Assembly: GCA_964187785.1 (NCBI GenBank)
Contig: OZ076409.1
Coordinates: forward strand, 7,752,001 to 7,816,000
DNA length: 64,000 bases
From: Amphiscolops sp. MND2022
Taxonomy: Eukaryota
Reading direction: 5' to 3'
In this document: one piece after another, positions 1 to 12,530 of the stretch
Layout: each line of letters begins with the position of its first letter
Numbering within the stretch: position 1 is the stretch's first letter
The notes under the pieces: generated by a model
The model's input: only the letters and a program-made list of their open reading frames with translations
Database searches by the model: none
What the model was told of the DNA's origin: nothing
Position numbers and translations under genes: made by a program

Positions 1-13
1 TTACTACCCATGT

Positions 14-1471
14 ATGGCCAAATACATAAAGAAATGGGTCAGTAATTGTCAGATTTGTATACAAACAAAACGTATCAACAATGATCTCCTCAGAACCGAA
101 CTACTTAATTGTCCCGAATGGGACCTTGGACCGGAAGACATCTTACAGATGGATATTTTGCCAAACCTCCCCCCAAGCGGAGGCTACGATCACATCATCA
201 CAGCAATAGATGTCTTCTCAAGGTATTTGTTTGCCTATCCTGCGACTCGAATTACCGCAACAGCAGTTTCAAAAGTCATAATGGATATCTTATGCAAACA
301 CACCTACCTTCCAACAACTATAATCACGGATCTAGGCACTCAATTCAACGCACAAGTCACTCATGAAATTGCAGCAGTGCTTGGAATCGAAATGAAACAT
401 GCCACAATGAAACATGCACAAACCATAGGACTCTTAGAAAGAACCCATGCCTCAGTTAAAACACACCTAAAAGCCGCCACAGGCGAATTCAGGAACAACT
501 GGCACAAATATCTTCCTCTAGCAGTCCTTAATCATAACACAACATACCATGCATCACTCGGTTGTGAACCCTCACGAGTTTTCCATGGCCGCATACCACA
601 CAATATCCTTGACTACAAACTTGGATACAATCCAAATCCGAGGTATCAACCACAAACTGACATTGCAGAAGAAATTCAAAAGCGCATGAGAACACTTTTA
701 GACCAAACCAAAAAGAATATCATGCAATCTTACCTTAAATACAAGGCCTACTACGATAGAAAAGCAAAAGCAGCCCCGTTGGAGACAACAGATTACTGCT
801 ATATTCTTAATCCAAAAGCCGATACACAAGCAACGAAAATACCATTCCGAGAATTCAGATAGTGTGGACCTTATAAAGTTGAAAAAGTGCTCCCTAACAA
901 TAACTACATTGTGAGGAGACTTGGCACAAATAAAACTCAACTACTACATCGGATTCGTTTGCGGAAATTCACACCGCAGGCCCCTTTAGCAGACATTTTT
1001 GTTCGCGAAACCGACTGGCAAAAAGATGATCAAATGACTATAGCAAATGATGATCTATATGCCCAATCATGGAACACGAATTTTGGAGCAAATCCGTTTG
1101 ATGACATTCCCTCAGATGCAATACACAATACTGAGGATACCGAATATGTCCCAATGCAAATACCCGACAATAGCCGCCCATCCTCCCCAGTATCTTCAAA
1201 AAATAGTGGGGGGAGCCCAGTGGATCAGACCACTGAACCAGATCAAAATCACGGAAATCATGCTGATGAAAACCCACAACAATCAAATGATGATAATAAT
1301 ACCCAAAAAACCCGAAAAGATGTAAATAACGCAACAGACAATGATAATCAAAAAACCCCAGAAAACTCCCAAAATACCCCATTGCAAGAAGAACCCATAA
1401 ATACCCGTGGTGAAAAATACCACCTATGTCCTAACCCCAACCCAAATTACTCTGACACTTATAGATACTAA
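14..1471 (+). pseudogene. Retrotransposon integrase (C-terminal part of pol) with one in-frame stop
   Basis: CQIC end of the HHCC finger. DDE motifs LQMDIL, ITDLGTQF, GLLERTH. ORFs 14-862 and 887-1471 share a frame and are separated by TAG at 860-862 in EFR*CGPYKV (W to stop just before the GPY motif). Low-complexity acidic/Asn-rich tail. Confidence 0.93.
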
Positions 1472-1689
1472 AAACAACTGACAATCCCTGACTCATCACT
1501 AGTACTCAGAAAACAAATACAGAAGAAACTCTCTTTTTTATCCTTCCTTTTTCAAATCAGCACTACGAGTGCGTTTCTTCATCCTGTTCTCCGATTCCTT
1601 TAACAAATAAATACACAGGATACAGAGTAACTCAACAATCAGAAAACTAAAAGAAGATTATAAATACAACAAGATAATGCAAACAACAG

Positions 1690-4600
1690 TCAGTTTTTCT
1701 TGCTTTTCGGAGCTTTAGCAACCACTCTCTTTGAAGTGCCCTCTTGGGTCGGCTCTGAGCAACGACTAAGACTAACATTAAGTGTACCCAATGAAGGATC
1801 AGGGGACGGGGAACTATGTACACTGCTGCGGCGACTCACACTTGGAGTTGTTGAAGTAGAGGAAACGGTAGGTTTCCCAGCACGTAGCACAGCTTGTCGG
1901 TAACCAGTTTCCAATTTACCTTGGAGAGAAGTTTTCCGGGCATTGCTTCCCTTCAGGAAATTCCAAACCGAGAACTTTTTGTCCAATAACAAATCAGTCC
2001 CACGTCCCAACAGGCGAAAAGCACGGCTGATCGCCTTGGAATTTCGAAATAAGCTGGAGACGTGTGGCACAGTCTGATATGCTACCTGAAGACTAAACAC
2101 ACAAGATTCAAACGTATGTTTATCCGACTCAAGATCTGGCATAGGTACCTTGAATGGTGGCGGTATTTCCACGAATGGAACTAAACAAAGACACGAATGT
2201 TTGAATAGTCGCATCAACTCGGGTCGACACTGGATTTCATAATGTTCAACGACAAACTGAATCCAATCATCATGCTCTGGTACGGGACTTGTCCTCAGCT
2301 TGGTTACGAAGGAACGATACTGGCTTATCTGCTTCACCTTGTCACTAGAAGAGAATAGTCCGGTAGAAACAAAATGTGAAGACAACTTTTCAATCGCATC
2401 AACATACACGTCTTCTGGGCTCTCGAGCATCACCGAGGAATCAAAAGCAGAGAGTCCCCGCAACAACTTTGACTTTACAATCCCGTGACCCACCAACTGT
2501 TTGCAATAAGCCTTGCAGAAACTCACTGACTGGTCAATGAATTTGCTTGGCCGAGGGAGTTTACTTGAATACACCAAACGGTGAAAATCCTCATTCAAGA
2601 CGAAGTCGTCTGCTGTTTTAAACGGCAAATTAGTTGAATCCAGGTCCAAATTAAGATAAGAATCCCATTCCGAGATATTTCCCAAAATGCTGTCAGGAAG
2701 AATGTTCTGCATCTGACTGTAGATAAAAACCGCGAATTGGTTGTATATGCGGAACCCTCCATCAAGTCGTTTCTGTATGTCCGAAAACGCCGAAGTATCT
2801 AAAACACACAAAAATCATCAATTATAGAAATCACGCATGCTTTCATGAAGAAGAGAACTAATCACGCATAGTACACGCTTTTGATAAGCTTGATTAAACA
2901 CATCATATAGCTCAATGTATAAACACCAGGGCTATACGGCTTTACGCGGTTCAGAGAACAATGAATACTCGACACTATGTTGAGTAGGAGATATTGACTA
3001 TGCGGCACTATGCGGAATGTGTAGTAGTGACTCTGCGTCACTATGCTGAACGAGTAGTAGTGATTATACGTCACTATGCGGAATCAGCAATGCAGCTGGA
3101 TTTGGAAGTTCTGAGCAAATACGATTGGTCATACGCAATTATGCGGATTGAGAACTGATGATTACTCGTGATTATTCAGAAGAAAACAAAAAGCACGTGT
3201 CACTTATGATGAGCTAAATGAATGACAATCCTGATGTTCGAAGTTTTGGAATGAGATGGTGCTTATAGTACATTACTCCAAAAAGAGGAAAACAACGTAA
3301 CAAAAGATGAAACCGCTGTTATAATATAAAGATAAATTGACTAACAATGGTCAAGGACACTTCTGATAATGAATAGACGGGCCAGATAAGCTGTGTCTAG
3401 ACGAAAACACTCGTCTAGCGTATTGGGCTGAAAAGGAAAAGATTAAGAAATGGATTCAGATTACAATGGAAGGAGCTGGGATAATAATACCTACCTCTCT
3501 CATATGGAATCGATAGATAGGAAGGCGGGCAACTTGTTCTAGGTGATCCTGCACGTGATTCCAGTTGTTGGAAAGCTGCTCAATCAAAGAAGAAGCTTCA
3601 GAAAGGGAATAGCTCAAGTTTGTCACACACTAAACAAAATAGGGGAAGATGTACAAAACATCACAATGGAAAAGAAAAAAACCAAAGTTGAAAACCTACT
3701 TTGTGCAGAAGGGGTAATTTCTCCAGCCAATCTCTGTCTAGCGCAGTCCGCAATTTCATCAATATATAATCCAAGATAGAACGGAAATCGTGTCGTTCTA
3801 TGACCTGAGCGGTAGGGCCTGCTAATGTTCGCTCAAATTCATTCGGTCCAAATGGGTTGACAGTCGAAGGGGGCTTTAATCCGGGCAAACAAGACGATAG
3901 ACAATCATTTAATTTGTCACTGAATCCAATGAGGGATACACAATTTGGGAATGTTTCGAACAGACTGAGAAAGGAAGCCACAAGAGAAAGGACCTTCCTT
4001 GGTATTAACATTCCCCGAGGGGCGCCCCCTATGCACACTCGATACAGCACATTCTCGGCCCAAAAGCAAAGAATAACGTATGTGGCAACCGGAGTATGTT
4101 GTATGGCCAATGAATAGTACCCCGAAGAAGATATAGATCGTACACAGTAGTCCATGAGTTCTCGGAACATGTAGACTATGATACCCTGCAAACAAAGAAA
4201 GTGTTAAGGTATTGGAAAATGGTGAAACCTTCAACTTATAGTGTAACTTCAAGGTAATTGAAACCTTTAATGAGGGAGAAAGAATATGGTTAAACCATTG
4301 TGTGTTAAAAAAATTCACAAAGAAACTTACGAAAAGACGTTCATTGCTCCAGTTTTGAAACGATAGCCGATCACTTGCTGTAAGTCTGACCAACTCGTCA
4401 TACATTCCGGTCAAACTGGCGACGTTACCTCCGTGCCTTAACCCAAATTCCAGAATGTTTATCTGCGAAAATATCTTCTCAGTTGGGGTTGTGGAAGCAC
4501 TAAAATCGGGTACTGAATCTTGCCCCACTAGAGGTCGGTACGTATCCAATTGAGGAGGAATTGGGTAGGTGTCCTTCGCCTTCTTTTTGGCTTCCTGCAG

Positions 4601-6033
4601 TGAAATTCCAAGCAATTCATGTTCGTCTTTGTCGTAAAGGGGCATTCCTGGAATCTCCATTCGGATTCGGTGTTCCCTTACAAGGTGAGATTCGGACCTG
4701 TAATGGGATATCAGTTCCAGACTCCCACGACTCATTAACGATAATTCAACACGGCACACCCTACACCACCACTTGAAAGGTGATAACTCTTGATCCAGTG
4801 GACCTGTGGCAGAGAATTTCAAAACTGGGTGTCTTTTAAACATACTACCAGTTAAGGAGTATCTAGGGCGGCGTCGTTTCCCCCGTACTTCAGGGAGATT
4901 ATGCTCTGAGTAAGTCGGCGCAGTTCTTGAAGTAGATTGGACAAGTGCTTCTTCTTGGCTTGATGTAGTTAATAAAGCAGATTGCGGTACATCATCTATC
5001 AAAGTAAGTGCCATAGTGTCTCCACATCCAGTCTCTTCTCCGGTGATGAAGGCTTGTGGGATCCTCCCAAGGAAATTGTGGAGAAATAAGACCTCCTGTC
5101 GAGTAACACTAACATTGGGGAACTCTGATCTGGGAATGTTACCCAAGCCTTCTGTGTCCTGACCAGTTGTTTGTCCTTGGTCATTAGCCGTGCTAAGAGA
5201 AACCGTGGTTTCGGGTATCTGCCCGGTGGTGAATCCTGTTGCACCATCCTCACTAGGAGTGACGTACTGTTCAAACTGAAGAGAATGTATCTGAGAATTA
5301 CCCTGCGTGATGAAATCATCAAGTACCCCTTGAGGGAATGTCGTCATTGGCTCATTCATAGCTTTCCGTTGGGGTAACGTTCACAAATGGCGGCGAATTA
5401 CTTCGTGAAGCTAAATCCCATTTTTGACTTGGGTTACCCTGGGAAGTAACTTCAGGAGGCTCTGTGGATGTATGTCCACTCGGTGGCTCACCTGCTACTT
5501 CTTCGCTGATCTGCAAAGTTGGGGTATTGGGGGTATCCACTTCCTCTGTAACCTTAGAAGTCTGTGGAGTCACAACGTTCAAAGATGTGTAGACTTTGGC
5601 AGGAGAGTTGTTTGGAGTGGTTTGGACGTTCTGGGACGATCCTTGTTCAACTGAAACAATTGATCTGTTGATTAACAAAGAACAAATTTCACAAGCAATA
5701 ACCGTTTTTAACTGCCTTGAACCGGACGCGGGGACAGGAAATAAAATTGGAACGGAAGTTGTTTAAAAATTGGAAGCGGAAACGTTTCAAAAATTTGAAC
5801 TTGACAAAGATAATAATCTTGTCATTTTATTTTTGCTAGCCTGGCCAGCTTTGCAAATCAACCAAATTCAAAACAAGTCAAAATGAAACAGAATTAAAAC
5901 GAAATATGTTGAACTTACGGGATGACGTCTCAGGCGGCGGATCACTGTGCCAGAAGTCGTCACGTTGCAAAGGATCATAACTTTTCCGGGATCTTCTTTT
6001 CCCTCCGGGGCTTCCCTCTTGTGGTGAATCCAT
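1690..6033 (-). CDS. Spliced antisense cargo gene; zinc-finger protein resembling an inactive hAT transposase
   Basis: Exons 6033-5919, 5650-4331 (frameshift near 5360), 4185-3700, 3629-3495, 3427-3346, 2798-1690. All five introns are GT..AG with matching phases 1,0,0,0,1. From ATG 5359 the spliced CDS is 2841 nt (946 aa + stop). Zn finger WWCRVC..ELISHYRSESH. Confidence 0.8.
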
Positions 6034-7473
6034 TCTTTTTTACAGAACCAGGGAGTAATTCAGGAAAATTCTGATGCAAGCTCAAAGTATTTGTTCCAGA
6101 AGTGAACGAGGAGAAAATACAATAGATCAGAGTAAGGAAATTGAAAACAGATAAAAGGGGAACTAAAGATGAAGAATCCAAGATTTGGAAGATTGTGTTT
6201 AATATACTAGAACTTTAACTGAACAGACTAAATGAACTGGTAAGAGACTTGAAAATTCAAAAGAAACATTAAAAGGCGTGGCGTAACGTTAATGCAATAG
6301 ACAAAGGCAAAAGAGCAAGTGAAACAATTGTGCGCAAATATGCGTAGAGAATACTGCAATATGATTGGCTGTTCAAATGTCAATTACGTCTGCCAGCGTA
6401 ATTGATTGACTCATCTGACTTCTGCCAACAACGTTGGTATACATGTATGCTGAATGGAATGAATTAGAAAGCGAGAGTATGCGGCAGTATGCGGATCTAC
6501 CACTAACGACTACTCGACAATATGCGTATTGCTGATTTAAATTATGCGGCAGTATGCGGATCTACCAATGATGGATATACGGCAGTATGCGGATCGAGCA
6601 TTGACGTATACTCGACATTCAGCGGTTTTCGCTGTATGCATGACAGAGATGAATTAACACCGTAGATCAACAAGAATGGGCAAATGGAGTGATATTACGT
6701 AATGGAACTGAAGAAACTGTGTGTTTACCACAACTGAAAGTTGAGTGGCAATATTGATATACTGTATACTTGCTTAGTTACCCTTTTTAATGATGTTTAG
6801 CCTGTGATACCAATGCTCATTTGGAACCAATATGTATGTAACAATTTGAACTGTTGGCGCTTTCTAAGACCCATAAATCATTTACCAAGAGATACTGGAA
6901 TTCACCCGGAACATTAATTAACTGCACTTGCATTTTAAATGCAGGACTAACATTACTGGATGTCTCTCCTAATGATAAAATTCAACTCACTAACGGACCT
7001 TAGATTAGATTGGAACATGTTTATTAACATCCTTTTCCTTTTATAAAATAGTCATGTAAAATCAAATAAATTGATTCTGAATTACTTTATTGAATATTTT
7101 CATGAAAGTATTTTGTTTCAGCATCCCTAATATCAAGTCAAATTTGTTTATGTACGATTTAAATACTGGTGAAATGTTAAGAAGGGTGATGATAAAAGGA
7201 AATCAGTTGAAGTGCTAAACTTGTTACCTTTTATGGAAGTTGTTTATGATCGACTGTAAAAGGAACTCATGATATGAGTCTAGGTGGAAACCCTTATAAG
7301 GATGTTTAGGGACCTGAAATCATGACACTCAATTTTTCCGCGGGTTTTCCACTGAAAACGAAAAGTGAGGGAAACTCCATCACCATATGGTCTATATTAA
7401 ACTGTGATTCAGTTGCTTTCAATTTCAAACTCTATTTCTGTTCACCTATAAATTTCCAACTAAAACCTGGAAA

Positions 7474-8446
7474 ATGGACTCACTACAATTCAATCTCGAC
7501 GAGGATCTGGGCTACTCACCCATCTCCCCTGGCGTGATAGACATCTCCAGTGAATCTGGGGAGGAGTTCATTGTTGAACCTGGCAACATTGCCCAGCTGG
7601 ACGAAAGGTTCAGGGTCAATACAATGGGATCAAACATGATGACAGCTTTCGTGGGCTCTGCAACTGCTTCTTTGTTTCCCCCTTCAAATTGCATGGGACA
7701 ACAAGAATCCATCGACACTGCTGGAACCCACATCGAAAGGGAAATCATGGAGTTGATAGAGGAGGGTCCTTCCTCTTCTCCAGCATCTCCGCTGTCTTTC
7801 ATTGATTCAGAGTTCGAAGGACCAGGTATTTCTCCAGTAGCAATTGTCACAGAACCCAGAGTACAGCTTAATAATTATGGTCGGCCAACTGCAGCAATAC
7901 TGCCCACACCAAGGGTCTCATTGCAACCACCAAATGAAACTGTTAGACCAGTGCCGACTTACCTTTCGAATTATGTACAGAATGTCCCTAATTCTCATCA
8001 AGTACAGACAGTAGATACAAATACAGGAGGGGCTACTGACGTACCAACATATGAACTAGAAGACGTTTATCCGCAGGCCGCGTTCATCCCAGAAGAATTA
8101 ACACACCCTGTTGCAAATGACATCACACCAGTAGTGATACATCTGCCCCCTAGAAACATGGGAATTGTCCCCACCAACTTCAATGGTCAATTCCACCAGA
8201 TTGTTCCCAACAGTTATGCCAAACGTCTCCGGATATTGTGACTGGTGTGGCCGTACCTTTGATCAAGTCGCACTGGAAACATTGGGGGACTATCTTGGCG
8301 CTACCGCTTACAACGAGGAAACAGTCAGGGATCGCGGGGTGCGTTCTAGAGCCTTCATAGATGGTTTTGAAGCTGCGTTGTTTATCTTCAAAAATGCAGG
8401 ACTGTCGCGGCCACAGCGTTGCGATGGGTCCGGTGTGCACCAGTAA
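7474..8446 (+). CDS. LTR-internal ORF: acidic/Pro-rich N-terminus and C-terminal CxxC domain; one frameshift near 8207
   Basis: ORFs 7474-8241 and 8165-8446 overlap. Removing one C from ATTGTTCCCAACAGTTATG gives IVP-TVMPNVSGYCDWCGRTF... as one reading frame. Confidence 0.55.
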
Positions 8447-8714
8447 GAAAACAAACAACGCTTGTTAAAAACTTCCAAAACCCAAGGACTCATTTGCAAG
8501 TCATGTAGTTTGTTTGTTTTGTAAATATTTGTCGTAATCAGGGTCATTTAGTTGATTTATTTTGTAAAACTGATGTCTTAAAATGATTTGCCAAACCTTA
8601 AGAGGATTTAATGATGTTTTTAGTTACTCCTGATGATCTTAATGCAGTGCTAGTAGTTCATTTTAATCAAGCAGTACCAATTGTATACGACATTGTGCGT
8701 TTTGAGTGCTAATG

Positions 8715-8945
8715 AGTATGCGGTACTATGCGCATATGCATCTTTCTGACTTTCACTATACGTCACTATGCGGTTTGAGCAGTGACATTTACTCGACACT
8801 ATGCATCTTTCTAACTTTCATTATACGTCACCATGCGGTTTGAGCGGTGACATTTACTCAACACTATGCATTTTTCATTATACGTCATCCTGCGGTTTGA
8901 GGAACAATGAGTACTCGGTACAATACGTTTTTCGCTATGCTTGCT
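8715..8945 (+). repeat. Degenerate tandem array with TATGCGG / CACTATGC core (related arrays at ~2960-3150 and ~6475-6630)
   Basis: Units such as TATACGTCACTATGCGG and ACTCGACACTATGC recur in all three places. Confidence 0.75.
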
Positions 8946-9364
8946 TTAATATGAAGAATTAACTTTGCTTTTCCATATACAGTAGTATAAGTCCATGATA
9001 TATCGTTGTTTAACACCTTTCTAGGGTCTTATAAGCCTCGTTATCATTTCTGAATGTCATGGAAAGTGACTCATGAGATATAAATAGGATGACAGTATTC
9101 TGACGAAGTGCTATTATTAGTTTTCCTAGGAATGATGCTTGTAAAATTGCGTGTCATCTTTTTGTGATTTTGTACTTTCTAGAGGAATAAAGGAGCGAAC
9201 ACAACTGATATAACTTTCTTCAGAACCAGTTTGTTCTCTGATAACTATTGCAACCTTTGTTCTACATTTTGGGATCTTTGAACATTTCAAATTGATTTCC
9301 TTTGACTATTTGTCTTCAATTCAAATTCTTGACCCTGCAAATCGATCGTTTTCACTTGAGAAAG

Positions 9365-9918
9365 ATGGGGAATAAGAGAAACAGGAGATCTAGAAGGCTA
9401 GAAAAACCGTCTCCAGACAGAAACCCAATTGAGGCACAAGTAGATACGTCAGCTCAAGGTAATGAGACTTTGACTAATTTTAACTCAGTTTTACAGGAGA
9501 ATTTAGGTGAAAACGTCTCAGAAAACCCAATGGTTGAACCAAGCCAAATTAGTAATGAAATCCAAGCTTGGACCCAGATTATAGAACAAAAGAATAATGA
9601 TAAAATCGAGAGAATGAGAGAAGAAATAGACAACAAGTTTGAAGCAATTCTGAAAGAAATCAAGTCAAACAAAAGTGCATCGACAGTAACAAACCCAAGA
9701 TCAGAGCTTAATGAAAATCAGGAACCCCAAGCGTCGGGGTCTAAAACTAACAAGTCTATAGGAGTTCACGCATCTATAAACAAAAACCCAGAATCAGAAA
9801 ACGACGATAATCCTCTCAGAGCTTCAAAAAAGAAAGACTTGAAACATCCAGCCAAATCATTGTACCAAAACGAACTGAACTTAGAAGACGGAATAATAGC
9901 TTCAAAAGAGGATTATCA
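9365..9918 (+). CDS. Gag-like N-terminal segment encoded at the 3' end of the LTR (truncated at the LTR boundary)
   Basis: ATG 9365, MGNKRNRRSRR..., coiled-coil-like IERMREEIDNKFEAILKEIK. The frame is open to the LTR end (EDYH) and then runs into unrelated flank. Confidence 0.55.
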
Positions 9919-10199
9919 CATTGTCAGTTTCTGCTTTCCTAAACACCTCCCGAAAACAAAGTTCTCGAAACAAAATGTACAGCACCAATTCTCATTAAAA
10001 CATAGAACAGCCATCATACCCAATATCAAAACATGGGACAGGGGGAAAGTTATAAGTTTCAATTCAGAGTTACCGGAGGAGTATTCTCACAGAGGCATTT
10101 TTTGTTTCATCAAGAGAAATGTTCAGCAAAACGTCACAATTTTGTCGAATTTTGTTACTTACATGGACTCTTCAACTTCATGAATCCGATAGGAATCCT

Positions 10200-12230
10200 G
10201 TAAGGTGTCTGGTTTTGCTGAAAATCACTATTGTTTTACAATCGGAGAGGTTTAAATTAAGTTAGGTGGACATTTTTTCCGTTAAAGTTTTTTAACGTAT
10301 TCACGTTTGAAAGGGGTTTCTATATGATAGAGTGGACCGTTGTTCTCATGTTATTTAGTGATTGGTGTAAAACTTCGGTTAGTTTACAATGGCCCTCCAA
10401 TTTTCCGCGCATGCAATATTCCAGTTTTCATTCTTTTTTTCGACTAGTCCCGTTGTTGTATGCATACATGGTGTTCCTTTCATAAATTTTCTGTGTAGTG
10501 TTTACTACTTCCAGAATGTACGTTTAGATTTTAGGTAAAGGCTGTTCCATCAACACTTCTGATCGTATGTTGAAATTAGTATTGCGTGTCGTTCTTTGAA
10601 AATTTAAACTGGTTTTCCAGTGGGCTTTTTGCGGATAAACGCCGATCAACTGCTGAACCTGTCTATAGAAATTCCTGAAAGTTATCGCCGAAAGATTAAA
10701 TCTTTTTGGTCCCATGAAACTAAATTAGATTTCTTGGTTCAGTTTTTCAACCGTTGGTGATTAATCTTTTCTGTCATAGTTAACTGTTACGCAATGCCCC
10801 TACCTGAAATTTTGCATGCAATAATACTTCAGTCTTTTTGTAATGGTTTCACAATAAACGTCATCTGGTTGATGTCCGGATTACCTCAATGTAAAAGAAT
10901 CATGATTCGATAATCTGTCAAATAAATCGATAAATTTTTTTATGTAATCTTTGTACGCTTTCTACATCTGTACGGTCATTTGAAGAGGCAAGTTATCATT
11001 TTTGTGATTTGAAGTCGTTGGTTTTTTCCGTGGCAATTATTTTCAAGTCCGTTGATTTGTTTTGTAGTGCTTGCATGTCTGTTTTCTCGAGGACGCGTTG
11101 TGCATCAGACTCAGCGTGACTTGCTCGTCCCATTAGAAACTATCGCACACCGGTCGCTCCTAGATACTCTCTGAAACTTATTACAGGTACGTTTATCGAA
11201 TCATTGGAGTTTGTAGACATTGTCTCGATTGTTTCTTCTAGGATTTTAATTTGTTTCGTGTTGTGACTACGCGTTCTCTGTGCGTTGGTTTGTTCCTTGT
11301 TGGATTTTTAAGATGGACATTGGTGTGTTTGTTTGTTTTTTAAAAAAAACACGAGATAGTTCATCTTTTCGTTGAAGGTTTTGTTCCGCTACTCTGTTTT
11401 GCGTTCAATACGACTCTATGTTTGTCTATATCTTTTTTGTACAGTTGAATCTCGAGTCGCTTGGTTTATGCCCTGTGTTGCCTTGGCAGACTGTACCGTT
11501 TCCACAATCAGTTGAGCATCGATCTTCACTTTCGATTGATTCGGCCCTTCTCATGTCCTTTTCAATTTGTTCAGATTGTGCGTTTTTGTTATTTATGTTT
11601 TGAACTGGTAGTTGGTGTAGTAGCAAGGAGCTGTCCTTTGTTTTTCTGCTTCCTCCTGACTTCGTTTCGTTCATTTATCTGGCTCTGATCTATCCATTCC
11701 CGGAAAACGGTTGATGGTTATGTCGGCCAGTCCGTAAAATTTTTTCAGGAAACGGTAGGATCCAGTGAAGTCCCCACCAGTAACGGTAAAGATGCACAAG
11801 TTTTTTATTTTAAGTCCAGGGTTTTTTCATCCTAAACGTACTAAAAAAAGTTGTGTACCATGAATTTCTTCATATATTTTTTTGAAGTTCTTGAAAATTT
11901 TCCCTCTATGTTCGGCATCTTGTTTTTTCTGGTTTTTGTTTCTCTATTAGATTCTTCTTTAGTCGAGAGCACTTTTGTTTGTTTTTTTTTTCTGCCTATT
12001 GTTTGGCTTGTGAAACAGTCTTCGATAATTTCTGTTACTCTTCCCGTGTTTATCAAGTGTTTTAGTCCTTTCGTTACTTGATCTTGATGTAATGGCATTG
12101 GTGAACCTTTCTGTCGTTCATCCAAACAAATGTCCTCAACCGCGATGTTTTTATTCGGCACTTTTCCTAAAGAACGTGCCCGACTCTTACAGTAGGTAGT
12201 ATTCACTCTGGAAGGTGCACTTTTTTGTTT
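10200..12230 (-). pseudogene. Heavily decayed Ty3/Gypsy pol remnant (RT to integrase)
   Basis: Minus-strand fragments QKGSPMPLHQDQVTKGLKHLINTG (RT start), LLH*GNPDINQM (integrase Zn finger-like), TPCMHTTTGLVE and MRTTVHS (integrase core). Many stops and frameshifts. Confidence 0.6.
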
Positions 12231-12234
12231 GTTC

Positions 12235-12530
12235 AAAAGTTTCGAAGTTTTCGATATTCGGGTATAACGTTTCAAAGTTCGTATGAAACGTTTTCAAAGG
12301 TCGGATGTAAGGTGTTTGATTTTCGGATGTAACGTTTTCGAAGTTCGTATGTAACGTTTTCAAAATTCGCTTGTTACGTTTTCAAAGTTCGGTAATGAAG
12401 TTTTCAAAGTTTGGATGTAGCGTTTTCAAAGTTTCATTGTAGCTTTTTCGTGTTTCGGATATAACGTTTTCGAAGTTCGGATATAACTTCTTCAAAGTTC
12501 GGAAATAACGTTTTTTGACACTTCGAAGTC
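12235..12530 (+). repeat. ~21-bp tandem minisatellite (AACGTTTTCAAAGTTCGGATGT-like)
   Basis: More than ten degenerate units are visible. Related reverse-complement units occur at ~43895-43995 and ~44215-44260. Confidence 0.85.

Larger units (their letters stand above)
1..9918 (+). mobile_element. Ty3/Gypsy LTR retrotransposon A, 3' half (5' part outside window)
   Basis: Integrase at the window start, then internal cargo, a purine tract AAGAAGGGTGA (7179-7189), and a candidate LTR bounded by inverted TGATAA (7190) and TTATCA (9918). Confidence 0.75.
7190..9918 (+). repeat. Putative 3' LTR of element A (~2.7 kb)
   Basis: Starts TGATAA directly after a purine tract and ends TTATCA (inverted termini). 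Sequence changes character after 9918. No partner LTR in the window to confirm. Confidence 0.6.

Noticed and set aside
1600..6300. Antisense hAT-like gene as an independent nested DNA transposon
   Set aside because: I found no TIRs or 8-bp TSD by eye, catalytic motifs appear absent, and its intron shares a repeat motif with the LTR. Not formally excluded without sibling copies.
6803..9920. Alternative LTR boundaries TGTGATA (6803) ... TATCACA (9920)
   Set aside because: No purine tract precedes 6803, whereas 7190 follows AAGAAGGGTGA. Kept as a less likely alternative.
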